Assembly: GCF_006345805.1 (NCBI RefSeq)
Contig: NC_043014.1
Coordinates: 34,906,001 to 34,970,000 of the forward strand
Length of the DNA stretch: 64,000 nt
Direction of reading: 5' to 3'
Source: Octopus sinensis
Taxonomy: Eukaryota
Shown: positions 14,844 through 25,789 of the stretch, piece after piece
Layout: the number at the start of each line of letters is the position of its first letter
Numbering within the stretch: position 1 is the first letter of the stretch
Program-made: the position numbers and the translations under genes
The notes under the pieces: generated by a model
Databases searched by the model: none
What the model was told of the DNA's origin: nothing
Seen by the model: the letters and a program-made list of their open reading frames with translations, nothing else

Positions 14844-15664
14844 GTATATTTTCTTTTTGTACTTTTTCTTCCCTCTTCCTTTTCTTATTCCCCATTTTTC
14901 TTTTATGCTTTTGTTTTTCCTTCCTCTTTTTATTTATTTTTCCTTCATTTTTTCTCTTTTCTTTTTCTTCACACATTGTTACTTTTGTGTGCAAACCAAT
15001 GGCCACCCCTGCCTGATGTTGTTTTCAGGATCACCTGACTGGAATCAACTGAGCAAATTTCAAAAACTACAATGCTAGTTGTTTGAGGGCAAAAAAACAA
15101 GAACTTTTGGTAGTAACTCCAGCAGATTCAGTTTTAAATAGAAATTTTTTCCCCATACATAATATTATTTTTTAAAATTGATTTTACCTCAAACCAATGT
15201 GAAATCACCATTGAAATCATTATCCATTGCACAATACATATAATTCGTTTTTAACTCTGGAACTCGAAGTAGATAAAGCTATAAATAGTAGCATATAAAT
15301 ATTGGGTTCAAAAACCTTTGGATACAAAACGTTGATGGTTGCACATAGGACACAAACCCACATCTTCTGTAAGCATGGACCAAAGTAATACTTCGAAATT
15401 CTCAATTCATTTTAGAAGTTTTGTTCTCCCCAGCAAGAATTGTATGTAGTTTATACCATAAGAATTTAGAAACTTCAAGTGATGTGAAACGATTTGTTTT
15501 TAACATTGGAACTTGAAGCAGACAAAGCTATAATTTATCTATGTGAAAAGAAAAATGTGAAATGTCTTGTATCAGGATATTGTTTAACAGCAGGTCAGCC
15601 TTGTTTGAGTAACTCTCTCTCTCTCTTTCATACACACACTCATGCATTGAGAGAGAGGGAGTGG

Positions 15665-15788
15665 GCATAAATATGTATGCATACATCTATACTTGCAGAC
15701 AAATATGCAAAGAAATATCAATATATATGAAGACATGTAAACAAATGACCATATACACATTCAACATGCACAAGCTTGGATAGGTGTG
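15665..15788 (+). repeat. Direct duplicate of 19106-19251
   Basis: Shared atctatacttgcagacaaata.gcaaagaaatat ... aagacatg.aaacaaatgacc.ta.acacattcaacatgca.aagc.tggataggtgtg. Confidence 0.85.
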
Positions 15789-16019
15789 TTTTTTTAATGG
15801 TAGTGTATGATTTGAGTGTTTTGTCTAAGCAACCACATGGAGGTCCCTTCACTAGCTTTTCCCTTAATATATTGTGACATTAGAGGTTATCACTGAAACC
15901 ATCTCTTGTTCCTTTTACATCTAGAACCAGGCTGTGTGTGTGTGTATTTACAGAGAGAGAGAGAGAGTCTATAGTACTTAGCTGGCATTTTACAATTGTT
16001 ACTTAAAGTTTCATCTCTT

Positions 16020-16155
16020 GGATTGTCCCTGTTATTTCCTCGTGTTTCTTTCTGTTGAAGAGCGTAGGCTCAAAACATAAAAAAGACTTTCTCACTTTCC
16101 TGAGCATCAAACTAATACACCTGTCTTCGTCTTTTATTTTTCTGTAAATTTCAGC

Positions 16156-16158
<3 letters not shown>
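16020..16158 (+). mobile_element. Penelope-type terminal repeat fragment with decayed family-2 hammerhead, ending in (TA)n
   Basis: CTTT CTGTTGA A GAGC GTAG GCTC AAAAC ATA at 16048-16079 (GAAA mutated); homologous to 16203-16392 (inverted) and 36888-37110. Confidence 0.6.
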
Positions 16159-16191
<33 letters not shown>

Positions 16192-16202
16192 TGTATATAT
16201 AT

Positions 16203-16387
16203 AGGGAAAGTTTAGGAAAAAAACAAAAGACGAAGACAGGTGGTGTACAAAACAAACAGATGTATTAGTATAACGCTCAGGAATAGAAAGTCTTTTACGT
16301 TTCGAGCCTATGCTCTTCTACAGAAAGGTACACAGAAAAAACAAGGAAAGAAAAAAATGTGTGTAGTGGTTAACGATCTATCATGGC

Positions 16388-16392
<5 letters not shown>
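16203..16392 (-). mobile_element. Penelope-type terminal repeat fragment (family 2), inverted relative to 16020-16158
   Basis: Reverse complement of 16020-16158 and 36888-37110; flanked by TA/TATG microsatellites. Confidence 0.65.
16292..16327 (-). ncRNA. Non-canonical minimal hammerhead motif (family 2, A6U core)
   Basis: Minus strand: CUUU CUGUAGA A GAGC auag GCUC GAAA C GUA AAAG; helix I CUUU/AAAG, helix II GAGC/GCUC, ACGU palindrome, GUA triplet. Confidence 0.5.
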
Positions 16393-16426
<34 letters not shown>

Positions 16427-16561
16427 GGTATGTAGAAAAATACAACATGGACAAGAACGTATAACTCTTAGAAGACGATACAATAAACATGGACAGGACA
16501 TTCGAACCCCTCAGTCTTCAGTCAAGAACCGGATCATCGTAGTAATTTCGGCTGATATATG

Positions 16562-16865
16562 CATGCATGTATGTATTTATGTTTATGTAGTATGTATGTA
16601 GATAAAATTTTCCTAATATATTGTAAAAATGAGTGTTTATCATACAGTTGCACGTATGCACACACACACACACACATGCACTTGCACATTTATAGTCTAT
16701 TAATTCACAGGGATAGATGAGTTGTTCAAAACTCTGTTCTTCACCTACTGTGTGTTAATTTAAATATTTATCAGTTAGATTGATTGATTTTTTTTTTTTT
16801 TTGGTTCTGTTCTGACCATGGTCTTCCTCAATTCCACTTTACATTAATAATATACATTTACATCT
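16562..16865 (-). repeat. Right arm of the ~300-bp inverted duplication
   Basis: Reverse complement of 14543-14843. Confidence 0.95.
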
Positions 16866-17394
16866 CACATTTATGGTATATAGGAGTTGTTGTGTGTTAC
16901 CTTGCTACCCACAAAGCCTTTCGTAGTCATGTCGATATGCTAAAGAAATGTCTCACTGAACTTGATACCGTTTGAGTGAATCTATTTGAAATTTTGTCAA
17001 AGTTGTTTCCTTTTCACCTGAAGTATGGGAAGATGTGAGAATATATAAAATAAAGAAGTACTCCACCTTCCAATAGAAAATAAATAAATAAATAAAAGAA
17101 AAAAGGAAAAGAAATTCTGTGACAATTACAAGAACATCAACAAAAATGATAATGGAACTATATCCAGATCTTTTGGTTTTGGGAATATTGCTGTAAATTT
17201 ATTTATTTATTTATTGTTTTTTTTTGTAATGAAGTGTTTGGCAAGATTTTTCTGTGAATGGAATTGTAGAAGAGAAGAGAGGGAGAGAGAGAGAAAGAGA
17301 GAGAGAAGGTTGGCAGTGAGTACGTGTGGGGTCTAGGTTGGTTGGCTGGCTAGCTATCGACAGACAAGAGATATAGAGTGAAGGAGGTGTATGT

Positions 17395-17580
17395 CAGTGG
17401 GGGGAGGGGCGAAGGGAGGGAGGGAGGAAGGGAGAGTTAGCAATGACATCTCCAATCTATTGCCACTCACTTTGATGTATTTGTAAGGTGGTGGTGGTGG
17501 TGGGAGGGAAAATGCCAATTTGCATATTCATGATGTGTTGGCTTGTATTAGCATGTCCACACACATGATTTGCATTTGTT
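17395..17580 (+). promoter_or_regulatory. Promoter/enhancer-like module: GC box, CCAAT boxes and three octamer (POU) motifs
   Basis: GGGGAGGGGC 17401-17410; CCAAT 17452-17456 and 17515-17519; ATTTGCAT 17518-17525 and 17568-17575; ATTAGCAT 17547-17554; no recognisable TE here; upstream of the candidate first exon. Confidence 0.55.
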
Positions 17581-17832
17581 TCTTTAGTCGCCCCCCCTCT
17601 CCCTTTTTCTTCTTCTTCTTCCTCTGTCTGTCTGTTTCTCTTTCTCTCTCTCTTCCATAATACTGAATATTCGTTATTGATTGCATACATCACCTTCCAC
17701 CTCTGCTGCCATTCCCATTGCATTCACTGCTGTTATTGGCAGAGCCACTGCTGCTGCTGCTGCTAGTTCCTGCTGCTGTCCCCTCAACACTCTCTTGCCA
17801 TCTCTTCCCTCATCCACATATCTGTCTATCTA

Positions 17833-17863
<31 letters not shown>

Positions 17864-18209
17864 ATCTGATACCCATACATATCCTATACCTCCAAACTCT
17901 ACATGTAGTGTATGTACATAAATAAGTAAGCTTACTGGCCTATTGACCCTCCCACCCGCCCCAACGCCAACTCTTCCCTTCTCCTTATACCCCACCCTCA
18001 CCCCACAATGGTCCTAACATTCTTCCTTTTTCTCCTAATCTCCTTCCTTCCCTCTATCCCCCCTCCTCCTCTTCCTCCTCTTTAGTTCCACTAACTCCCA
18101 AACTCAGTACATATTTGCTAACCCCGCTTCACCTCACTCATCCCACTTGCCCTTAAGCTTTTGAATATTCATGGCTTCTTTGCCAGTCTTGTTGTTGTAA
18201 AAGCTTCAC

Positions 18210-18228
18210 AAGACACACACACACACAC

Positions 18229-18265
<37 letters not shown>

Positions 18266-18780
18266 TTTGAAGCTGGCTCTTGTTTTCATACATGTAAAAA
18301 AAAAAAGGAAAAAAAAACCCCCCAAAAGATAGGAAGCCGCAAGTAACTCCCATTCATCCACCCAGCCAAAGAAAACCCCTCCCCTTAAAAAACTCCAAAG
18401 AAAAATATATTTCCGGGGGTTTTACTGCCACTATTGCTATTATTATTATTATTATTATTGTTGTTGTCGTTGATATTTTGTTGTTGTTTATACTGTGGCT
18501 ATACTTAAACAACAACAGCAGAAAAAGCATCACCTTCACCATCATCATCATTATCATCATCATATTCATCAATATCATTATACTCATCATCATCATAACC
18601 ACCACCACCACCACCACCACCATCATCATCATGTTCATGACCATCATCAGTTTGCTTGGACAAGCAGACAAGTCAACAGTAGAAATACAGCTGTTGTAGT
18701 TTGGTTGGTACATCTATCTCTCTCTATCTCCTTCTCTCTCTCTCTCTCTTTCTTCTCCCTCTTTCTCTCTGTCTCTCTGT
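18210..18780. repeat. Compound simple-repeat block (CA, ATT, CAT/CAC, CT) in the putative 5' leader
   Basis: Read directly from sequence; lies between the promoter-like module and the candidate start codon. Confidence 0.85.
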
Positions 18781-18902
18781 TGTTTATTTCTCTGATGGTA
18801 TCGAAATATTGTCCAAGAGTGGCCACCACTGGCTAGTGGCCTGCCTGAAACCAGCCCTCCACTTTTGTTTTCATCCTTCCTTTCCTCCTTCCTTTCTGCG
18901 TG

Positions 18903-18960
18903 ATGTCATCATCCATGTGTCCTTGTTGTGAAACCAAAATCATAGGACTTGTAATCCCAG
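18903..18960 (+). CDS. Candidate first coding exon of a Gln-rich transcription factor (POU2/nubbin-like, tentative): MSSSMCPCCETKIIGLVIP(G)
   Basis: ATG at 18903 (second in-frame ATG 18915), in-frame upstream stop TAG 18834-18836, donor CCAG|GTTAGT at 18960/18961; 58 nt ends in phase 1, matching the phase-1 start of the exon at 45642; lies downstream of the promoter-like region at 17400-17580. Confidence 0.55.
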
Positions 18961-19158
18961 GTTAGTATATATATATATGTATATACACACACACACATAC
19001 ACGCGCATACAAATGTTCACAAAAGTACATATACTCAAATATACAAACATATACTCAGAATTGTTTACAGAAATAGTCATGCAGACACATACACACAAAC
19101 ACAGAGGCATAAATACGTATATATATATAAATCTATACTTGCAGACAAATACGCAAAG

Positions 19159-19193
<35 letters not shown>

Positions 19194-20387
19194 AAGACAT
19201 GAAAACAAATGACCGTAGACACATTCAACATGCATAAGCATGGATAGGTGTGCATATGCACCCTGCCACACAAGATTGACACTTTCAGAAAAGTGACTTT
19301 CACCACAATTTTGTTACATTTCTTTATATTCTACTAATATTCTTCACACCGTATTATCATGTTCTTTTCCTCTGTTCTATATTTTATCTTTTAAATATTA
19401 TTATTTACATTTATTTGTTGGATGTATGGATGTATTTATGTGTATATATATATATATATATCATAAAAAAACAAACTCAAATACTCTCCTACTTACTAGT
19501 TTGTAGATTTCCCCTTCCCCCCACCGATTATCTTGACAATATTAACTTTTTGTAGTTTCATTTAATTTCTTCGTAACATGTTGTTCTTAGTATTGGTCTA
19601 TTAGCGTAGAATGGGACAGAATTGGTCTTTGGGTTTGTAGTGTCATACACATACAGGCCTAATACACCACCTGATGTAATATTGGTTTAAAATTTTAGCA
19701 CAGGGCCAGTAATATTGGGGAAGTAGCTAAGTTGATTACAATGACCCCAGTGCTCAGCTGGTACTTTACTTATATTTCATTGACCCCAAATGGATGAAAA
19801 GTAAAATCGACCCTAGTGGAATTTGAACATAGAATGTAAAGACAGACAAAAAAAAAGCAATAAGTATTCTACCCAGTGTGATAACTCTTCAGCCAGCTTG
19901 GCACCTTATAGTATAAATATTGTTTTCAAATTTTGGCACAAGGCCAGCAATTTCTGGGAAGTGGGTTAGTGTAATCGACCTCCAGTGCTCAACTGGTACT
20001 TATTTTGCTATCCCCGAAAGGACGAAAGGCATTGTCAACCCTGGTAAAATTTGAACACAGAAGGTAAAGCCAGACAAAATGCCACTTAGCATTTTGTTCA
20101 ACATGCTAACCACTCTGCCAGCTTGCTGCCTTTATCTGATGTAATATTACTGCCACCACCAGCATCACCATTACCACTTCTTGGATGTCCTTTAGTAAAA
20201 TCCTCTCTGTTGCGAGCATTTGGTCCACAATACCATCCCTTTCTTTATAGTATTCACCTTATCCATATTTTCCTTATAGATATTGACCTGCAGGTGTTCA
20301 AACTGGGTAACATCCAGTCATTCAATTTGGCCAGTATGAGTGAAGGGCTTATAGATATTTTGAGTACAATACCTTCTCCTCTGGCAA

Positions 20388-20424
<37 letters not shown>

Positions 20425-20427
20425 TGT

Positions 20428-20750
20428 GAAGGCACATGGTTTAGTGGTTAGGGCATTCAGCTCATGATTGTAAAGTTGTGAGTTCAATTCCCGGGGATGC
20501 ATTGTGTCCCTGAGCAAGACACTTTATTTAATATTGCTCCAGTCCACTCAGCTGGCAAAAATGAGTTGTACCTGTATTTCAAAGAACCAGCCTTGTCACA
20601 TTCTGTGTCAGGCCGAATCCCCCTGAAAACTGATTTAAGGGTACGCACTTCTGTAAAGTGCTCACCCACTTGCATCTTAATTTCATGAGCTCGTTGTTTT
20701 GTCGATCAGACCAACTGAATCATTATCATCATAACTGACGAAGTGCCAGT
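20428..20750 (+). mobile_element. tRNA-derived SINE family C (second copy ~58065-58300)
   Basis: catggtttagtggttagggcattc (A box), gagttcaattccc (B box), gtgtcc.tgagcaagacacttta...gctccagtccactca shared with the 58 kb copy. Confidence 0.8.
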
Positions 20751-20755
20751 GATAT

Positions 20756-20805
<50 letters not shown>

Positions 20806-21006
20806 GATGATGATGATGATGATGATTGCCTCATCTTGTCAGATGTTAGCCACTTCACATTCGGCCTGATTGTTCTGATTTACTTACTTCCAAACTTGCA
20901 TGTGTGCAGATATCCATCACATTGGGACTTTATAAAATACGTAACAGATCGAGAAATGATCTGTATGTAACTGGACTTAAGCGACAAAAGCTTGTACAAC
21001 ACTTCT

Positions 21007-21240
21007 TATTTCTTTATTGCCCACAAGGGGCTAAACATAGAGGGGACAAACAAGGACAGACAAAGGGATTAAGTTGATTACATCGACCCCAGTGCGTAAC
21101 TGGTACTTAATTTATCGACCCCCGAAAGGATGAAAGGCAAAGTCAGCCTCGGCAGAATTTGAACTCAGAATGTAACGGCAGACGAAATACTGATAAGCAT
21201 TTCGCCCAGCGTGCTAACGTTTCTGCCAGCTTGCTGCCTT
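21007..21240 (-). mobile_element. tRNA-derived SINE family A with 18-bp TSD
   Basis: Head ggc.gc.agctggcagaaacgttagc, B box gagttcaaatt; TSD agcttgtacaacacttct at 20989-21006 and 21241-21258. Confidence 0.9.
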
Positions 21241-21630
21241 AGCTTGTACAACACTTCTGCCACTCTCTGTCACCGTAGTAGGTTCCAGTGACAAGTATTG
21301 CAAAGTGACGGGTACTATGTTGACTACAAGTTTTATGTCAGAGCATCTTTCTCCTAGAAGAGCTGCTTCCCCATGATTTTGTTGAAAGTTACAGGAGCCT
21401 TCTCTTACCCTGAGAAATGTATTTAACACATAGATGAGACCCTGACAGGTACTACCACTCTGGGTTAGAACAAACCTGGACATAATAGTAACCAAGGTAT
21501 GATTCCATGCTCCTCATAACTCCAAAACTGGAGTCTCACCTCTAGATGCAGCTTAATGCTATACCCAGGAGGGTTACGGTTAGGGTTATGTCCATAGTTG
21601 TCTGCCATATTTGCTAGAAAAATGAAAAAA

Positions 21631-21866
21631 TAAAGGCGGCGAGCTAGCAGAAACTTTAGCATGCCAGGCGAAATGCATAGCCGTATTTCGTCTGCCGTTA
21701 CGTTCTGAGTTCAAATTCCGCCAAGGTCGACTTTGCCTTTCATCCTTTCGGGGTCGATTAAATAAGTACCAGTTATGCACTGGGGTCGATATAATCGACT
21801 TAATCCGTTTGTCTGTCCTTGTTTGTCCCCTCTGTGTTTAACCCCTTGTGGGTAGTAAAGAAATAG
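21631..21866 (+). mobile_element. SINE family A
   Basis: aaaggcggcgagctagcagaa...gagttcaaattccgcc...gactttgcctttcatcctttcggggtcga...gtgggtagtaaagaaata. Confidence 0.9.
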
Positions 21867-22937
21867 CTATACCCAGGAGGGGGAGACACACACACACACA
21901 CACATGCGCAGGTTTGTGCTCATGGCAACTATAAGCCCTTTTCTCATACTATTTAAATTGATATGTCTCATGTTGACCAATCTGAACACCTGTGAGATTG
22001 AGGTGATTGATTTCTCCCAGCTTGAACACCTGCAGGTCAGTGTCTGTAAGGAAATCATGACCAAAGTGAAAAGAATGGCAGTGTGACTGAAGGGTCTGTA
22101 GGTGCCCAGAGTGGTTAATATCAGCTACATCAATTCATCAGTATTAGAAATGGGTCTACTGATATCATGAGCTCTGTCCCTTCTCCTAACCCAAATTAGG
22201 ATATAGTTTATGACAGCGTGTGCGTTCCTAACCAATTTAAGTTTACTGTATAGATGTTATTATGTAATGGTTTGTCTCCTTAACATACCTCTCTGCTTAG
22301 TTATTTGCTGGCATAATTACAATACTCTTTTGAGGTGATAGATTTAATGTCACTTGGTTTAACATCACCACTTTGCCTTTAGGTACCTTTAGCAGAATCC
22401 ATTTTGTTGGTCTGGGACTTTGAATGAGGATTATCTCCCTTCCACTTAGTAGTCTCAGAAACACTGAAAAGGGTCATCGTTGTTGTTCTTCCCCACAAAG
22501 GAGTCAACAAATAGGGACTTTCAGATATTTTAACTTTTAACATGGAAGAAATTTCCCTATTACTACTCAAATACTGAATTTTTGTTGTTTGGAGAATAGT
22601 TTTTCTTTTTTTTTTTTACTTGTTCTAGTCATTAGACTGTGGCTATGCTGGAGCATCTCCTTGAAGAATTTTAGTTGAATTAATTAACCCCCCGTACTTA
22701 TTTCTTTTTTTAAACTTGGTACTTATTCTGTCAGTCTTTTTTTTTGCCAAACTGGAGGATGTAAACACACACACACACACACACACACAGATGATGGGCC
22801 TCTTTCAGTTTCTTTTTACCAAATCCACTCAGAAGGATTTGGCTGGCCTAAGGCTAAAAGATATGTGCCCAAGATGCCATACAAGATGCAACCCAGGACC
22901 ATGTGGTTGGGAAGCAAGCTTCTTACCACACAGTCAC

Positions 22938-22939
22938 AC

Positions 22940-22976
<37 letters not shown>

Positions 22977-23265
22977 GTTTAGCGTCCGCTTTCGATGATA
23001 GCATGGGTTGGACGGTTCAGCTGGGGTCTGGGAAGCCAGAGGGCTGCACCAGGCCCAGTCTGATCTGGCAATGTTTCTATGGCTGGATGCCCTTCCTAAC
23101 GCCAACCACTCCGTGAGTGTAGTGGGTGCTTTTTACGTGCCACTGGCACAGGTCCCAGACGAGGGTGGAAAACGGCCACGATCGGATGGTGCTTTTTACA
23201 TGCCACCGGCACGGAGTCCAGGCGAGGCTGGCAAACGGCCACGATCGGATGGTGCTTTTTACGTA
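22938..23265 (-). mobile_element. RTE 3' tail copy
   Basis: Same tail sequence and ~60-bp units as 10362-10710. Confidence 0.85.
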
Positions 23266-24206
23266 ATTTTTGTTTTAGTAAAAGTATTGGTAGTTATTAT
23301 AGACCCTTTATAGGAGTTATAGTTTGTTGTGTAAATATTGATACAATTGAGTTTTGTAAGATAAATAAACAAGTTTTCTAAAGTAAATTTGAATTGATTA
23401 TTTTGTTGTTTACTGCATCTCAACCCTGATGAAGCAGCCCTGTTGTGAAAGATGTTCCATACCATCTTTTTTTTCTCTCTCCAAACATATTGTATCTATC
23501 ACTATATTAGTCCTTCTTTTAAGATAGTAACTAGATGTGACTTGAGGGAAATTTCACTGCTATTTCTAGCAGGCCAGTTAACCATATTGAAAGACTTTAT
23601 CCTTGTCTTATATTGCTTTTTGTTTCCCTAATCAGACCTGACCCAATGTCCTTTTTTCAGATTTAGTGCATCTATGACTACATTAGCGAATGAGTCTTTT
23701 TTTTTTTTTTTTAAAGAAAGTAAAGTGTAATTTGAGGAAGATTTGGTATCTGGTTTGATTTAATTGTTGAAGATGGAAGAAATGATCTAATGGGGCCCCG
23801 TCCTCTTTTGGTACAGTAGCATAGCACCCTTTCTACTGTTTTGCGAATACTGCAATTATTTATCTCTAAACTATCTCAGCTTGTAATCGCTGTTCATTGT
23901 AGTGACCCTCTGAAAGTATTTGGTGGTACCTTTTAGTGCAGTACCCCACCATTTAATAATCCTTGGTTAGTGTATATATGCATATGTATATATTTTCAAT
24001 ATGTAGAACCATTGATCCAGACATGTTTTTTTTCTCTCACTGTTAAATTTTTCTGCCTCTATCATTTCCGTCTCATCCCTTTCTGTCAAAGGCTGCAGGC
24101 TGTAAACAACAAAGACTTTTCCATTTTGCACCAGCGTCAAACTACTACACCTGCTTCTTGTTCCCTCACCTGTCTCTCACTTTTCTTTCCTGCACACCTG
24201 AACCAA

Positions 24207-24238
<32 letters not shown>

Positions 24239-24603
24239 GCGTGTGTGTGTATGTCTATATATATATATGGATGTATGTATATATATATGCAAATATATAT
24301 GTATATATATATATATGTGTGTGGGTTGTGTGTGTGTTTCTATATATTATATATCTATATATATAAATATATAAAGGTGGCGAGCTGCAGAAGCGTCAGC
24401 GCACCGGGCAAAATGCTTAGCGGTATTTCGTCTGTCGTTACGTTCCAAGTTCAAATTCCGCTGAGGTCGACTTTGCCTTTTATCCTTTCAGGGCCGATAA
24501 ATAAAGTACCAGTTTCACACTGGGGGTTGATGTAATTGACTTAATCCCTTTGTCCGTCGTTGTTTGTCACCTCTATGTTTAGCCCCTTGTGGGTAGTAAA
24601 GAA

Positions 24604-24634
<31 letters not shown>

Positions 24635-24678
24635 GGTGTGTGTGTGTGTGTGTATATATATATATGTGTATATATATG

Positions 24679-25082
24679 TATCATCATCATCATCATCGTT
24701 TAACATCCATTTTCCATGCTAGCATGGGTTGGATGGTTCGACCGGGGTCTGGGAAGCTTGGAGGCTGCATCAGGCTCCAGTCTGATCTGGCAGTGTTTCT
24801 ACAGCTGGATGCCCTTTCTAACGCCAACCACTCCATAAGTGTAGTGGGTGCTTTTTACATGCCGCCAGCACAGGTGCCAGGGGAGGCTGGCAACAACCAC
24901 AATCGGTTGGTGCATTTCGGGTGTCACCGGTACGGAAGCCAGTCAAGGCGACGCTGGAAGTGGCCACGTTTGGATGGTGCTTTTTACTTGCCACCAGCAC
25001 AGGTATCACAACTACATTTTCCATTTGATTTTTATTGATGTACTTGACTCAATAGGTCTTCTCAAGCACAGCAGGTTGCCCT
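24679..25082 (-). mobile_element. RTE 3' tail copy
   Basis: Same tail family as 51225-51520. Confidence 0.8.
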
Positions 25083-25083
25083 A

Positions 25084-25084
<1 letters not shown>

Positions 25085-25141
<57 letters not shown>

Positions 25142-25540
25142 TATATGTTTATGTATAAATATATATGTATATTTGTGTATATGTATATATATGTATATGT
25201 GTATATGTATATATATATGTATATTTGTATATATGTATGTATATATATATGTATATATATGTATATATGTCTATATATATGTATTATATATGTATATATG
25301 TCTATATATATGTATATATATGTCTTATATATGTAAATGTATGTCTATATATATGTATATATATGTGTATATAATATATATATATATATATATATGTAAA
25401 TGTGTATATCATTATAATGTGATATATCTATATGTGTATATATATATATATAATATGTGTATATATATATATATATATATGTGTATATATATATATATAT
25501 ATATGGTATATATATATATATATGTAAATGTGTATATATA

Positions 25541-25571
<31 letters not shown>

Positions 25572-25724
25572 GTAAATGTGTATAATATATATGTGTATAT
25601 ATATATAGTGTATATATATATATGTAAATGTGTATATATATATGTGTATACATATATATATGTAAATGTGTATATATATATATATGTATATATATGTATG
25701 TGTATATATGTAGTATGTGTGGTA

Positions 25725-25768
<44 letters not shown>
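25085..25768. repeat. Compound (TA)/(TG) microsatellite (similar tracts 11560-11760, 36715-36887, 37980-38735)
   Basis: TATA/TGTA runs with recurring tgtaaatgtgtata units. Confidence 0.95.
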
Positions 25769-25789
25769 AGGGCCACAAGAAGCAACTGA

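Noticed and set aside
14543-16865. Foldback or long-TIR DNA transposon
   Set aside because: No target-site duplication or transposase relic; the spacer is ordinary mixed sequence.
18495-18836. Poly-His ORF near the promoter
   Set aside because: Starts at GTG, is made of CAT/CAC and CT repeats, and stops before the candidate ATG.
23426-23456. CTGATGA...GAAA hammerhead-like string
   Set aside because: No valid NUH triplet or helix I; aligns with the decayed old SINE family (ccctgatc..gcag..ct.tgatcaaag).
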